Positions 27,805-36,944 of a stretch of DNA of 64,000 nt are shown here, piece after piece. Each line of letters opens with the position of its first letter. Position 1 is the stretch's first letter. A program made the position numbers and the translations under genes. Source of the DNA: Candidatus Latescibacterota bacterium (GTDB taxonomy: Bacteria; Latescibacterota; UBA2968; GCA-2709665); contig OZ241917.1 in assembly GCA_965203805.1 (NCBI GenBank), positions 3,200,001-3,264,000 on the forward strand, in the 5' to 3' direction. Below the pieces are notes generated by a model. That model saw only the letters and a list, made by a program, of their open reading frames with translations. It searched no databases and had not been told where the DNA came from.

Positions 27805-29829
27805 CTATTCCGATTTTCTGGGGTTCTCAAAGATGGCCAAGTGGTTGTTCAGAAGGGCGTAGATTCTGTCGCCTTTCACGATGAACATGTCACTCGCCAG
27901 GTGATTCATCAGAGTCTCTTTGTCGAATCTTTGGAGTCCGCGCAAATACGCGTCGTAGACCCCAATCCCCATTTTCTCCCGTGACGAAAAGGCGCCGTAG
28001 CGGGTTCTAACGTAGGTCTGAATGTCGCCCCCACGAATTGCGTATGCGGACCGTCCCAAGATGGTCATTCCTCTAGGAAGATGCGTCCAGGGTATGTAAT
28101 CGACCTCGACCGGATTTCTGGGGTCGCTAATGTCCACTACCGCGATTTCCCGTGGCAAGTGCCTCTCTATATAGGCTCTCTCCTGCCCAACGGAGAGTGG
28201 ACCCATTCCAGGCGGCGCAGGGACCACGTATTCCTGAAGCCCATCGGGTTCCAATTGCGCGATATGCTCTCCCGGCCCTCCCGCAGACATTATTCGGCGA
28301 AATTCTCCGACCATTTTCTCGTAATGAACGGCACGTCCGAACCGACGAAGTGAGATCCGACTCATTTCTCCGAAGGCTTCAGGATCGGACAGATCAAGGA
28401 CTACGAAATCATGGCCAAGCGTCAGAAATGCATGCGGCCCTGCGATGCGCATCGCCCATCCGTTGTTCCAGGCATGCTTCGTCGCCTCTTCAATAGGCAA
28501 GGCTTGGATTCTTTGGGGCGGACCGCCTTTTCGAAGGTCGAAACTGTGTAACTCCAGTTTGTCGCTTTGTAGCAAACCGACGTACAGGTGGCCATTCCAT
28601 TCGCCCCACCCCACAAGTCGGGGAGTGCGTCGCAGCCAGGGGGTTGGGCCCTTGGCGATTTGATGAAACATGCTCACGGCCTGTATGAGAGGGCGTCCGG
28701 ATTGGCTGAGATCAAACACGGCCACGCCTACGCTGTCCCGGACCTCGCCCCATACATAGGCACGCGGGCCGTACAGTGCCAAACGTTCGAACCGCCAGTC
28801 ATCCGTTTCCTTGCGACCCAACTCTGTCGGTGCCCGGGGGTCGGTCACATCCACTACACTCAGGCCTCGCTTCAGCAACACAACCGCCAGCCCGTCGTCT
28901 AACACCATATCCGCCGTGTCTGATTTATACTTGAAAGTACCCAACGGCTTTGCTAACCCGCGGGAGGATGGGACGGCATCGAATCCCATGACGGCAATAA
29001 CACCTACTATCGCGAGCGCTCCGACAACCCACTGAAAGCGCCCGCTCGCCTGCACTCCGAACACCCTGCAGGCGCAAACCAACGATCCGCCAGCCAACAG
29101 GATGGTTACCCCGGAACTGGCAAGTAAGAGGGATGAATCTAAAGCCTGACGGACAATTTCCTCGTCCGCCACTATGTCCGGAACCGTCAACAGCCTGAAA
29201 TAGAACACGGCAAAATCAGGAGCCAGCATCCTGCCAGCCATAATTAATACGAATACAATCCAGACGGCCATCAGGCTGCTCAATGCCGCCTTGAGCGGAT
29301 GGTCAGTTAGAGTGGAGGCAACTACGGCCCAACTGTAGGGAACCAGATAGAATGAAAACCACAACAACCACACCCTGATAAACCCTACGTCGGCCAGAAT
29401 TTCCCCCCAAGGGAGATACGTCCGCGCACTCAAGTCTATATCCAGAATATAACCGGTACGCACAAAGAACAATCCAGTCTCGGGCATTCCCACGAATACG
29501 CCGAACCAAAACGCCGCGACCACTACCGCCAGCCCCGCAGCTCCGACTGTGAACTGCACCACCAGAATCTTCCACGGAGCCTGCGGCCGACAAAGCAGGA
29601 AAGGCAGTGTCATTTGGCTCCGCTCCCGGGAAATGAAGTCCATTCCCATCAACACAGCACCTAAGAGTCCCACCAGGTGGCTCATGATCTGGACTTCAGA
29701 CCCGCCAGATAGTCCCCCTTCTGCACGTGCACACAACAGCCCGACAATCATCGCCAGCCCCGCGCACGCGACGACTTTGTAGGCGGATTCGCGGGCTTCC
29801 TTCCAGAATAGAGCGCCGATGGCGTTCAT
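27805..29829 (-). CDS. ABC-2-type permease fused to a C-terminal LVIVD-like repeat domain, copy 2
   Basis: ALFWKEARE start, ERSQMTLPFLLCRP, about 7 transmembrane segments, then LSVVDVTDP, VVLDLSDP and IAVVDISDPRNP repeats. Confidence 0.85.
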   Translation of the reverse strand: MNAIGALFWKEARESAYKVVACAGLAMIVGLLCARAEGGLSGGSEVQIMSHLVGLLGAVLMGMDFISRERSQMTLPFLLCRPQAPWKILVVQFTVGAAGLAVVVAAFWFGVFVGMPETGLFFVRTGYILDIDLSARTYLPWGEILADVGFIRVWLLWFSFYLVPYSWAVVASTLTDHPLKAALSSLMAVWIVFVLIMAGRMLAPDFAVFYFRLLTVPDIVADEEIVRQALDSSLLLASSGVTILLAGGSLVCACRVFGVQASGRFQWVVGALAIVGVIAVMGFDAVPSSRGLAKPLGTFKYKSDTADMVLDDGLAVVLLKRGLSVVDVTDPRAPTELGRKETDDWRFERLALYGPRAYVWGEVRDSVGVAVFDLSQSGRPLIQAVSMFHQIAKGPTPWLRRTPRLVGWGEWNGHLYVGLLQSDKLELHSFDLRKGGPPQRIQALPIEEATKHAWNNGWAMRIAGPHAFLTLGHDFVVLDLSDPEAFGEMSRISLRRFGRAVHYEKMVGEFRRIMSAGGPGEHIAQLEPDGLQEYVVPAPPGMGPLSVGQERAYIERHLPREIAVVDISDPRNPVEVDYIPWTHLPRGMTILGRSAYAIRGGDIQTYVRTRYGAFSSREKMGIGVYDAYLRGLQRFDKETLMNHLASDMFIVKGDRIYALLNNHLAIFENPRKSE

Positions 29830-30050
29830 GGCTGTCCTCCTGATTCCGGCTGGACATAGGCGACGAAGGTCTCCTCCAAGCCCAGGTCCGTTACATCCAC
29901 GATGCGCCTGCCCTGCGCCTGGATGCGCGCGGCCTGTTGTTCGCCGGTGATTACCGCGGTCTCATGCTCTGTGGGTGCGCTTTCCAGGATGTAACAGGCG
30001 GTCGAAGCCACGAATATCGTGACTACGCCGCTAAAGTTCACTTTCGCCAT
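29826..30050 (-). pseudogene. Chimeric remnant: redoxin-type N-terminus fused to the C-terminus of the ABC ATPase
   Basis: MAKV...TAVITGE resembles VAIITGE of the redoxins. QQAARIQAQGRRIVDVTDLGLEETFVAYVQPESGGQP matches the ATPase end EQAARIQAQGGHIEDVMDVGLEEAFVAHVHPESGGQR. Confidence 0.75.
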
Positions 30051-30153
30051 GAAACCGTTTCCTTTTGAATTCATCCTTCCTCAACGGGCCCGGGTGGATC
30101 TAACCTTCAGATTCAGCGTCATTCATATAATTGGACTCGACGGATTGCTTTTC

Positions 30154-32229
30154 CTACATCCTCGGGTTTTCGAAGATGGCCAGGTGGTTGTCCAGAAGGG
30201 CGTATATATGATCGCCCGCCGGGATAAACATATCGCGCCCACGCGGGGCTCCTCCCGTTCGTGGGTCGGATCGAAGAATGCCGGGGCCGAGGCGATAGGT
30301 AAACCGTGTCTTCAACCCGAGTGTCTCTCTACGCTTATACGCGCCGTAGACGGTCTTGCTGTATGTTTGGACCGATTCACCTCTGAGGGCGTAGGCGGAC
30401 TCTCCTTCGATCTTCATCAACGTTGGAAGACGCGTCCACGGGAGGTAGTCGACTTCCACCGGCTTCCCGGGATCGCTGATGTCCACGATCGCAATCTCGC
30501 GCGGAAGGGGTCGTTCGACATATGCCCGATCGTCCTCGACGGTAAGCGGCCCCAATCCGGACGGTGCGGCATGCGCGTACGCATGTTTACCGTGGAATTG
30601 CATCATCCGCTCGAACACCCGTGCAAACTTCGGACCCGCTTTCTCCTGTATCCTTGACAGGCGTTCAGGGACCTCTCCTGAAGCCAGTTGTCGATGGAAT
30701 TCCTGAACCATCGTCTCGTAACGGACAGAACGACCGAATCGACGCAGCGGCGTACGGCTCAAAATTGAGGGGCGACCGGAATCTGCAAGATCCAGAATCA
30801 TGAAATCGTGTCCAAGCGTGAGAAATGCGCGTGGACCCGCAAACTGTATTGCCCACTCGTCGCCCCAGGCATGTTTCACCGCCTCTTCGAGAGTCAATAT
30901 CTGAATTTGTCGCAGCAGGCCATCTTCTTGTATGTCAAAACTGTGCATTTCCACGAATTCATCCCGGATAAGCCCCGCGTACAGATGATTCTCCCATACT
31001 TCCCACCCTACCAGCCGGGGGACGCGCTTCAATAACGGGGTTGGGCCTTTCTCGATCGGATGCAACCGCATCTTCGCCTGCAACCGCGCGCGGTCCGGTT
31101 GGCTGAGGTCGAATATTACGACGCCCGCACTGCCGCGAAATCTGGCCCAGACGTACGCACGCGAGCCGGACAACGCCAACCGTTCGAGGCGCCACCCGCC
31201 CCCGCTGACCCGGCCGATTTGCACGGGCACCGAGACATCCGACACGTCCACGACGCTGAGTTCCCGATCGAGTAATACAACCGCCAGATCATCCTTCAAC
31301 GCCATGTCCATCACTCTTTCCTGGTAGCGCAGGCGTCCCAACGGCCGGTTGTGGGGATGCGGGTGAGGGTGTGGTGATCCAACGTGATCCATTCCGATGA
31401 GGACAACGGCGCAAATCAAAGCGATTCCTCCAAGCACCCACTGGAAGCGCCGTCGCAACTGCTCACTGCATACACGGCAGGACAGTGCCAGAATCCCGCC
31501 GGCCACAAGGACGGCCACCGCGCCCCTGGCAATCAGAAGAGAAGCGTCGAATGCCTTTCGAAGGATTCCGGCGTGGTCGTGCACGCCCACGGAGAACAGG
31601 AGCCTGAAATAGAATGCCACGATGGGCGGCCCCCAGTTCCACGCAATCATTATACATACGTACGCTACCCAGGCGGCGATCAGGCACGTGACCGCAGCCT
31701 TTAGGGGATGGTTGGCAAGTGTCGATACAAGCACGGACAGGGCATAAGGAATCAGGCTGACCAGGAACCATAGAAGTACGGTCCGTCCATACCCAACGTC
31801 AGCCAGAATCTCATCCGGCTGCCAGCTTGGCCACAGGATAAGAGACCGAGGCGGGAAGAAACCCAGTTTATCGATGAAATCTCCATCTATCGCCATATCG
31901 ATGAATACGCCGCCCCAATAAGAAGCCAAGACCACCAGAAGTCCGACAGCGCCCACGATAAATTTCGTCACCAGAATTTTCCACCAGACCAGGGGCCTGC
32001 ATAGCAGGAAGGGCAGCGTCATCCGGCTTCGCTCCCGAGCGATCGCGTCCATCCCCATCAGCACCGCGCCGAAGAGGCCGACCGCGTGACTGACTACATT
32101 CACATCGGCAGGAGCAAATTCCCATTGGGAGAAAACCAGGCCGACAATCATCGCCAGGCCGGCGCATGCGGCGACTTTGTAGGCGGATTCGCGGGCTTCC
32201 TTCCAGAACAGAGCACCGATCGGGTTCAT
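30154..32229 (-). CDS. ABC-2-type permease fused to an LVIVD-like repeat domain, copy 1
   Basis: Full-length paralogue of 27805-29829; start overlaps the ATPase stop (ATGA). Confidence 0.85.
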   Translation of the reverse strand: MNPIGALFWKEARESAYKVAACAGLAMIVGLVFSQWEFAPADVNVVSHAVGLFGAVLMGMDAIARERSRMTLPFLLCRPLVWWKILVTKFIVGAVGLLVVLASYWGGVFIDMAIDGDFIDKLGFFPPRSLILWPSWQPDEILADVGYGRTVLLWFLVSLIPYALSVLVSTLANHPLKAAVTCLIAAWVAYVCIMIAWNWGPPIVAFYFRLLFSVGVHDHAGILRKAFDASLLIARGAVAVLVAGGILALSCRVCSEQLRRRFQWVLGGIALICAVVLIGMDHVGSPHPHPHPHNRPLGRLRYQERVMDMALKDDLAVVLLDRELSVVDVSDVSVPVQIGRVSGGGWRLERLALSGSRAYVWARFRGSAGVVIFDLSQPDRARLQAKMRLHPIEKGPTPLLKRVPRLVGWEVWENHLYAGLIRDEFVEMHSFDIQEDGLLRQIQILTLEEAVKHAWGDEWAIQFAGPRAFLTLGHDFMILDLADSGRPSILSRTPLRRFGRSVRYETMVQEFHRQLASGEVPERLSRIQEKAGPKFARVFERMMQFHGKHAYAHAAPSGLGPLTVEDDRAYVERPLPREIAIVDISDPGKPVEVDYLPWTRLPTLMKIEGESAYALRGESVQTYSKTVYGAYKRRETLGLKTRFTYRLGPGILRSDPRTGGAPRGRDMFIPAGDHIYALLDNHLAIFENPRM

Positions 32230-33125
32230 CGCTGTCCTCCTGATTCCGGATGGACATGGGCGACGAAGGCCTCCTCGAGGCCGACGTCCATCACGTCCTC
32301 GATATGCCCGCCCTGCGCCTGGATGCGCGCGGCCTGTTCCTCGCCGTAGTCCACCACGGTCAGCAGCCGCCGCGGTCCCTCCCCCTGCACCTGGCGCAGT
32401 CCTTCGATGTCCGTCATTCGATCCTCGCCTTCCTGCAGCCGTACTGTGACGCGCTTGACCGACCCTTTCACGTCGTCCACCGTGCCGTCGGTCACCAGGC
32501 GTCCCTTTTCGATAATGGCCACGCGGTCGGCCACGCGCTCCACCTCGTGGACCAGGTGCGATGAAAGGAAAACCGTGCGGCCTTCCTCCTGGATGAGACC
32601 GATAATGCTCTCGAGAAAGTCGCGACGCACCACCACGTCCAGCCCCGAGGCCGGCTCGTCCAGGACCAGCAGACGCGGCTCGTGGCCAAGCGCAAGGGTG
32701 AGCGCCAGCTGGGCGTTCATCCCTCGCGACAGGTGCTTGACCTTCTGCTCCGGATCCAGGCCGAACCGCTCGATCAGCCCGTTTACACTGTCATGGTTCC
32801 AGGTCTCGTAGAACTGGCCGGTGAACCAGACGAGTTCCCGTACTTTCATCCATCCGTACATCACCCGGTTTTCGGCCACGTACCCCACCTGCCGCCGCAG
32901 CGCCAGCGTATCCTGCTCGGGATCCAGCCCCAGGACCTCCACCCTTCCGGCGGTGGGCTGCAGCAGGTTCATGAGAATCTGGATGGTCGTGGTCTTGCCC
33001 GCGCCATTGCGGCCGAGGAAACCGCAAACCGTCCCCGCGGGCACCTCCAGCTGCAGATCGTCCACGGCCGTGAGTTTGCCGAAGCGGTGGGTCAAGCCCT
33101 CGATTGCGATCGCTGTATCGCTCAT
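32226..33125 (-). CDS. ABC transporter ATP-binding protein (YtrB/ABC-2 type)
   Basis: GRNGAGKTT, LSRGM, LVLDEP, SSH. Confidence 0.95.
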   Translation of the reverse strand: MSDTAIAIEGLTHRFGKLTAVDDLQLEVPAGTVCGFLGRNGAGKTTTIQILMNLLQPTAGRVEVLGLDPEQDTLALRRQVGYVAENRVMYGWMKVRELVWFTGQFYETWNHDSVNGLIERFGLDPEQKVKHLSRGMNAQLALTLALGHEPRLLVLDEPASGLDVVVRRDFLESIIGLIQEEGRTVFLSSHLVHEVERVADRVAIIEKGRLVTDGTVDDVKGSVKRVTVRLQEGEDRMTDIEGLRQVQGEGPRRLLTVVDYGEEQAARIQAQGGHIEDVMDVGLEEAFVAHVHPESGGQR

Positions 33126-33150
33126 ATCGACTCCCTGTGTTCTGTCCCGG

Positions 33151-33540
33151 TCACTCATCGTTCCGGAAACGGTCGAGCCGTTCCCGGATCACCTGTTCCA
33201 TCTCGTCAGGAGACAGTTCCAGCTCGACGCCCTGCACCAGCGCCCTGTCGAGCAACTCCCTTACGATTTCCAGCTTTTCCTCTCGGGAAATGGTGACGTC
33301 CCGCTCGGCGACGTACGTGCCCATCCCCCGCTTCTTGTAGATGAACCCCTCGCGCTCCAGTTCAAGATAGGCGCGCGCAACGGTATTCGGGTTGATCAGG
33401 TACTGACCGGCGAGGTCCCTCACGGAGGGCAACTCTTCGTGCGGCTTGAGCACCCCCCGCGCCATCTGATACCTGATCTGTTCCATCATTTGCAGGTAGA
33501 TGGGCACCCCGTTGGCCGAATCTATGCGCAAGGGCAGCAT
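33151..33540 (-). CDS. GntR family regulator, YtrA subfamily
   Basis: PIYLQ...LPSVRDLA...INPNTVARAYLELE...RGMGTYV with a short C-terminus; precedes ABC genes. Confidence 0.95.
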   Translation of the reverse strand: MLPLRIDSANGVPIYLQMMEQIRYQMARGVLKPHEELPSVRDLAGQYLINPNTVARAYLELEREGFIYKKRGMGTYVAERDVTISREEKLEIVRELLDRALVQGVELELSPDEMEQVIRERLDRFRNDE

Positions 33541-33562
33541 GGCTGCGTTCCTGTGCCAAGAG

Positions 33563-33622
33563 TATTACTGTATGGGTGAACCGATACAGTGATATACTAA
33601 CAAAACTGACTCGAAAATGCAA
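33563..33622 (-). promoter_or_regulatory. Promoter and palindromic operator of the gntR-ABC operon
   Basis: Minus-strand TTGCAT-N17-TAGTAT (33622-33594). Imperfect palindrome TATTACTGTAT...ATACAGTGATA (33563-33594) lies over the expected start site, as is typical for YtrA autoregulation. Confidence 0.65.
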
Positions 33623-33663
33623 GCGGTTTTTTCGATCAGGGAAAAAAGCGGTGCGGCGAACGT

Positions 33664-33947
33664 CACAGAAGGGCGCCCCTGCAAGACCAGGGGAAGCGAT
33701 GGCAGGGTGAAGGCGTATGGAGGCGCGGTAAACAGCGGGCGGGAAGCGGGTCTGAAGGTGGGGCGGACATTCCTGTCTGCCCTCTTTTCGTCGGCCTTCC
33801 GGGACGCACTGAGAATAAAGACAGTCGCCGGCTTTTTGGTACCGCAATTTTCGAATGTGGCAGATGCGACGAGTTGTTGCATACCCGGACATGGACTTTG
33901 TAGTCTTCGTCTTTTGGATGTGAGCAGACAGGAATGTCTGCTCCACC
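33664..33947. repeat. REP-like cluster: inverted pair of GGTGGRGCRGACATTCCTGTCTGC units plus a ~110-bp block repeated at 34989-35096
   Basis: GGTGGGGCGGACATTCCTGTCTGCCC near 33757 and its inverse GAGCAGACAGGAATGTCTGCTCCACC near 33922; the block CCCCT(G/A)CAAGACCAGGGGAAGCGATGGCA is shared with the second copy. Confidence 0.7.
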
Positions 33948-34160
33948 CTGAAACCTGGGTTCTCAGCATGACGTGGTGGATGCGCGCGGGAATTGCCCAC
34001 ACCCAAGTCGCAGGAGATGCTTCGTCAAGTTCCTGGATTTTCGGGGGACCGGCACACATTTTGCAGCCATTAACACAAGGCGCGACTACGAATTTCGGTT
34101 TCGCTGCAGAATCTCGGAACGAAGTAATTGCGCTCGGGAAGCCTCACGAAAGACACCGTT

Positions 34161-34667
34161 ATGCGCCGCATACTGAAGTTGATTTTTTAGCCTTTATCAT
34201 TGTTGCAGTTCCCATTGACAGCCCGCGATTTTTGTTGTTATTTTAATCCATTGGCGCAAGACGGGGGAGAAGGACGTAGTCATATTGGGCGCCTGGTCTG
34301 TCACTGTCGCCTACTTCACAATACCAGCCCGTTGAAAAAGTCCATCCGGGCTACGTCCGGCCCTTGTGACCGAAATACGGCGTTGCGCTCCCTCCCCGAA
34401 TCCAGGGATTCGCGTCGGTCACGCGCCTTGTCTTCGGCCACAATGACTCGGCCTCGCCTGCAGAGCGACTTTTCCATCGGACTGTTAGGAGCAATTGACA
34501 TCATGGGTATGTTCGTTGGGACGATGACTGAATTTGTGGCCAGATGGTACAAAAACAGGGTTCTCGAAAATGCGCGCGAAGAGATCCGGGAACAGGTTCG
34601 TGAGGAAGTCCTTCAGGAACTTCGGGAGGGCAGGCAGGACAAGACAGATGCGGGTGAAGTAAAGTGA
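34161..34667 (+). pseudogene. Small membrane-protein gene disrupted by a MITE and upstream frameshifts
   Basis: Removing 34324-34487 gives the contiguous reading AIFVVILIHWRKTGEKDVVILGAWSVTVAYFTI-GAIDIMGMFVGTMTEFVARWYKNRVLENAREE; the 5' boundary is uncertain. Confidence 0.6.
34324..34485. mobile_element. 162-bp MITE with imperfect terminal inverted repeats and TA duplication
   Basis: Left CAGCCCGTTGAAAAAGTC; right end reverse complement CAGTCCGATGGAAAAGTC; TA at 34322-34323 and 34486-34487. Confidence 0.75.
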
Positions 34668-34756
34668 ACATCCCGTTCCAATAAACCTGCGCAACTGTAA
34701 CCTCCGGACTGTGTTGATATTGAATTTCACGTCGGCTTGTCGTTCCGTTAAATTAC

Positions 34757-34837
34757 AATGTGCCAAGCATATTGCCCCCCGGAGGATCGTATTCTCCGGC
34801 CGACGCTCCTGTCCGCGGCAGGGGCGTTTCTTTTTTT
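34757..34837 (+). ncRNA. Candidate structured small RNA, orphan copy
   Basis: Near-copy of 38445-38523 with three hairpins and a T tract; preceded by TTCACG-N17-TAAATT (34726-34754). Confidence 0.55.
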
Positions 34838-35190
34838 CAATGAGACGGTTTTCGTGCGATTGGCAACCCCCCACCGCATCAGCCGTCGCCGGTCCATCGA
34901 CCCTTCGACATTTCGACACCCTTCGACAAGCTCAGGGAGCGAGGTCGATGCAGGCAGCTCAGGTATCGCCTCCGACAGCCGGGCACCCACAAGGGACGCC
35001 CCTACAAGACCAGGGGAAGCGATGGCAAGGTGGAGGCGCATGGAGACGTACGGGAAAAGGGCGGGAAGGAGGTTTGAAGGTGGGGCAGACATTCCTTGGA
35101 ATTAACCAGAAAACTCTTGCACCCCTTAAAGTCGAAATATTATATTTCAATTGTCCACATACAGGCAACGTGCGATAAGGAAATATCCCC

Positions 35191-35502
35191 ATGGCAAACG
35201 ACAAGATGACCCATGACGAAATTATCCAGCGCATGCTGAAATTGGACATCGACGTTATGATTCTCCGTGTAGTCCTCCTACAGGTAATTCGTTCAATTGG
35301 GAAAGATCGTCCCGACCTAATTCAGCAGCTCCTCGTTACAACCGATCCGATAAAAGCCTCAGAAAAGACATTCCCAATAAAGGTCGCTCTTAGAAACGTC
35401 ATTCCGAAGGTCGTGCCGCTGCCAGTCTTTAATGAAATCTTCGATGACGCCTTTAGCGAAATCCACAACAACATAATCGCAATCGCCAACCTGGACCGCT
35501 AA
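35191..35502 (+). CDS. Hypothetical 103-aa protein
   Basis: Clean ORF in AT-richer DNA with AAGGA upstream and a TTGCAC...TATATT promoter-like sequence; no motif recognised. Confidence 0.6.
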   Translation: MANDKMTHDEIIQRMLKLDIDVMILRVVLLQVIRSIGKDRPDLIQQLLVTTDPIKASEKTFPIKVALRNVIPKVVPLPVFNEIFDDAFSEIHNNIIAIANLDR

Positions 35503-35643
35503 AGCGCTCATAATCAAACTCACCCACTTGCCCCGGTCTAAAGGAAAATCGCGCGCAAATGTGACTCTTGGTTAGTACTCCGTATTCAAGTGGCACGGGC
35601 GTCGTAGTATTGGATTTTCTTTGGGTTGATGATGCCGCAAACC

Positions 35644-36849
35644 CTAGAACAAATCCCGTTGGATCGACAGAATTCTGTCCCGAGATTTCGATTCCTCAGT
35701 ACCCCGGATTGCCTCCGCCGATGGACCATCCGATGAATCGAATACATCCTCATCTTGTTCGTCGTACAATCCACAATATTTCTCTTGCGGATTTGGATCG
35801 TAGAGCAATTCGATTTGGTGTTTCGACAACATCCGGAGCTCCCTGACGTCATTGATCAATATTCCCGCCTCCTGCTTCGTCATTACGGGAAATCCGTAGT
35901 TTTCGTTCTTGTATTTCAGAGAACGGCCCGAAGCCGTTCTGTTGGTTATGAATTCCAGGTGCTTTGCCAGCCTTTCGTCAATATACTGATTGGACGATGC
36001 CACAATGTCGTTTGTTCTCTCAGCTACCGCATCTGCGAAATTAGGGTCGATTTCATAGCCTACGCTGTTTCTGCAAGAAGCCATCGCTGCCGCCATTGAT
36101 GTGCCGGTCCCCAGGAACGGATCCAAGACCAGATCACCCTTCGCGGAGAACATATTAATTAGCCTGTACGCAAGCTCAAAAGGAAAGGCCGCACTTCTTT
36201 TGCGGAGATTCTCGTTTTTCAAGTCCTGCTTGGCTCCCTTCATATCCATCCATACATCGGAGAACCAGATATTCCGTTCTTCCCAAAAAAAAGCGCTCCT
36301 CTTTCGGCGTAGTTTTTCTGCCTGACTTTCGAATTTCCTCTTCCCACCTTTTCTGAAGACAAGGATGAATTCATGCTCTAATGTTACGTAAGCCCCTGGC
36401 GGCAACATTCCACTTCCCATAAACTTGTTTGGCGCATTTGTCTGCTTTCTCCAAAGAATCTCCGGCAACGCCTGAAATCCCGTCTTCAAGCAGTGGCTCG
36501 ATATTCTTGAATGGTTGGGATAAAGTTTGAAATCTCCGTCAATCGTTCTTGTGGCATCTCCCACGTTAATGCAGGCAATTCCTCCTGGCCTTAAAATTCT
36601 ATAGACCTCCTCCCATACGCCGTCGAGAAGCTGATTCATCAACTCAAATGCAAGATTGCCGTTTTTGTCCCACAATGCCTCTCCTATTGCGGGATTTTGT
36701 TTTGTAAACAACCCATCCCACATCTCAATCATGGGATACGGCGGGGAAGTAATCATCAGATCTACAGAATCGTCCCTAAGTTCATTCATACCATTTGAAT
36801 CTGCGTAGAATATCGTGTGCGTTGTTTTTATCTCACCCATCTTTCCCAA
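35644..36849 (-). CDS. Site-specific DNA methyltransferase, beta class, probably N4-cytosine
   Basis: TSPPY (motif IV) precedes VLDPFLGTGT (motif I); adjacent to the endonuclease. Confidence 0.92.
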   Translation of the reverse strand: MGKMGEIKTTHTIFYADSNGMNELRDDSVDLMITSPPYPMIEMWDGLFTKQNPAIGEALWDKNGNLAFELMNQLLDGVWEEVYRILRPGGIACINVGDATRTIDGDFKLYPNHSRISSHCLKTGFQALPEILWRKQTNAPNKFMGSGMLPPGAYVTLEHEFILVFRKGGKRKFESQAEKLRRKRSAFFWEERNIWFSDVWMDMKGAKQDLKNENLRKRSAAFPFELAYRLINMFSAKGDLVLDPFLGTGTSMAAAMASCRNSVGYEIDPNFADAVAERTNDIVASSNQYIDERLAKHLEFITNRTASGRSLKYKNENYGFPVMTKQEAGILINDVRELRMLSKHQIELLYDPNPQEKYCGLYDEQDEDVFDSSDGPSAEAIRGTEESKSRDRILSIQRDLF

Positions 36850-36944
36850 TCATCCTCCAGTCTCGTCCCGAACGAAGTTTCCCATATCCAGCTTATTTTC
36901 AAATCGATAATTAATCTACCGTACCGTACTTTATGTCGATCAGG

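Noticed and set aside
18865-33540. Integron cassette array
   Set aside because: No integrase, and no repeated attC-like sites with RYYYAAC/GTTRRRY cores were found between the genes.
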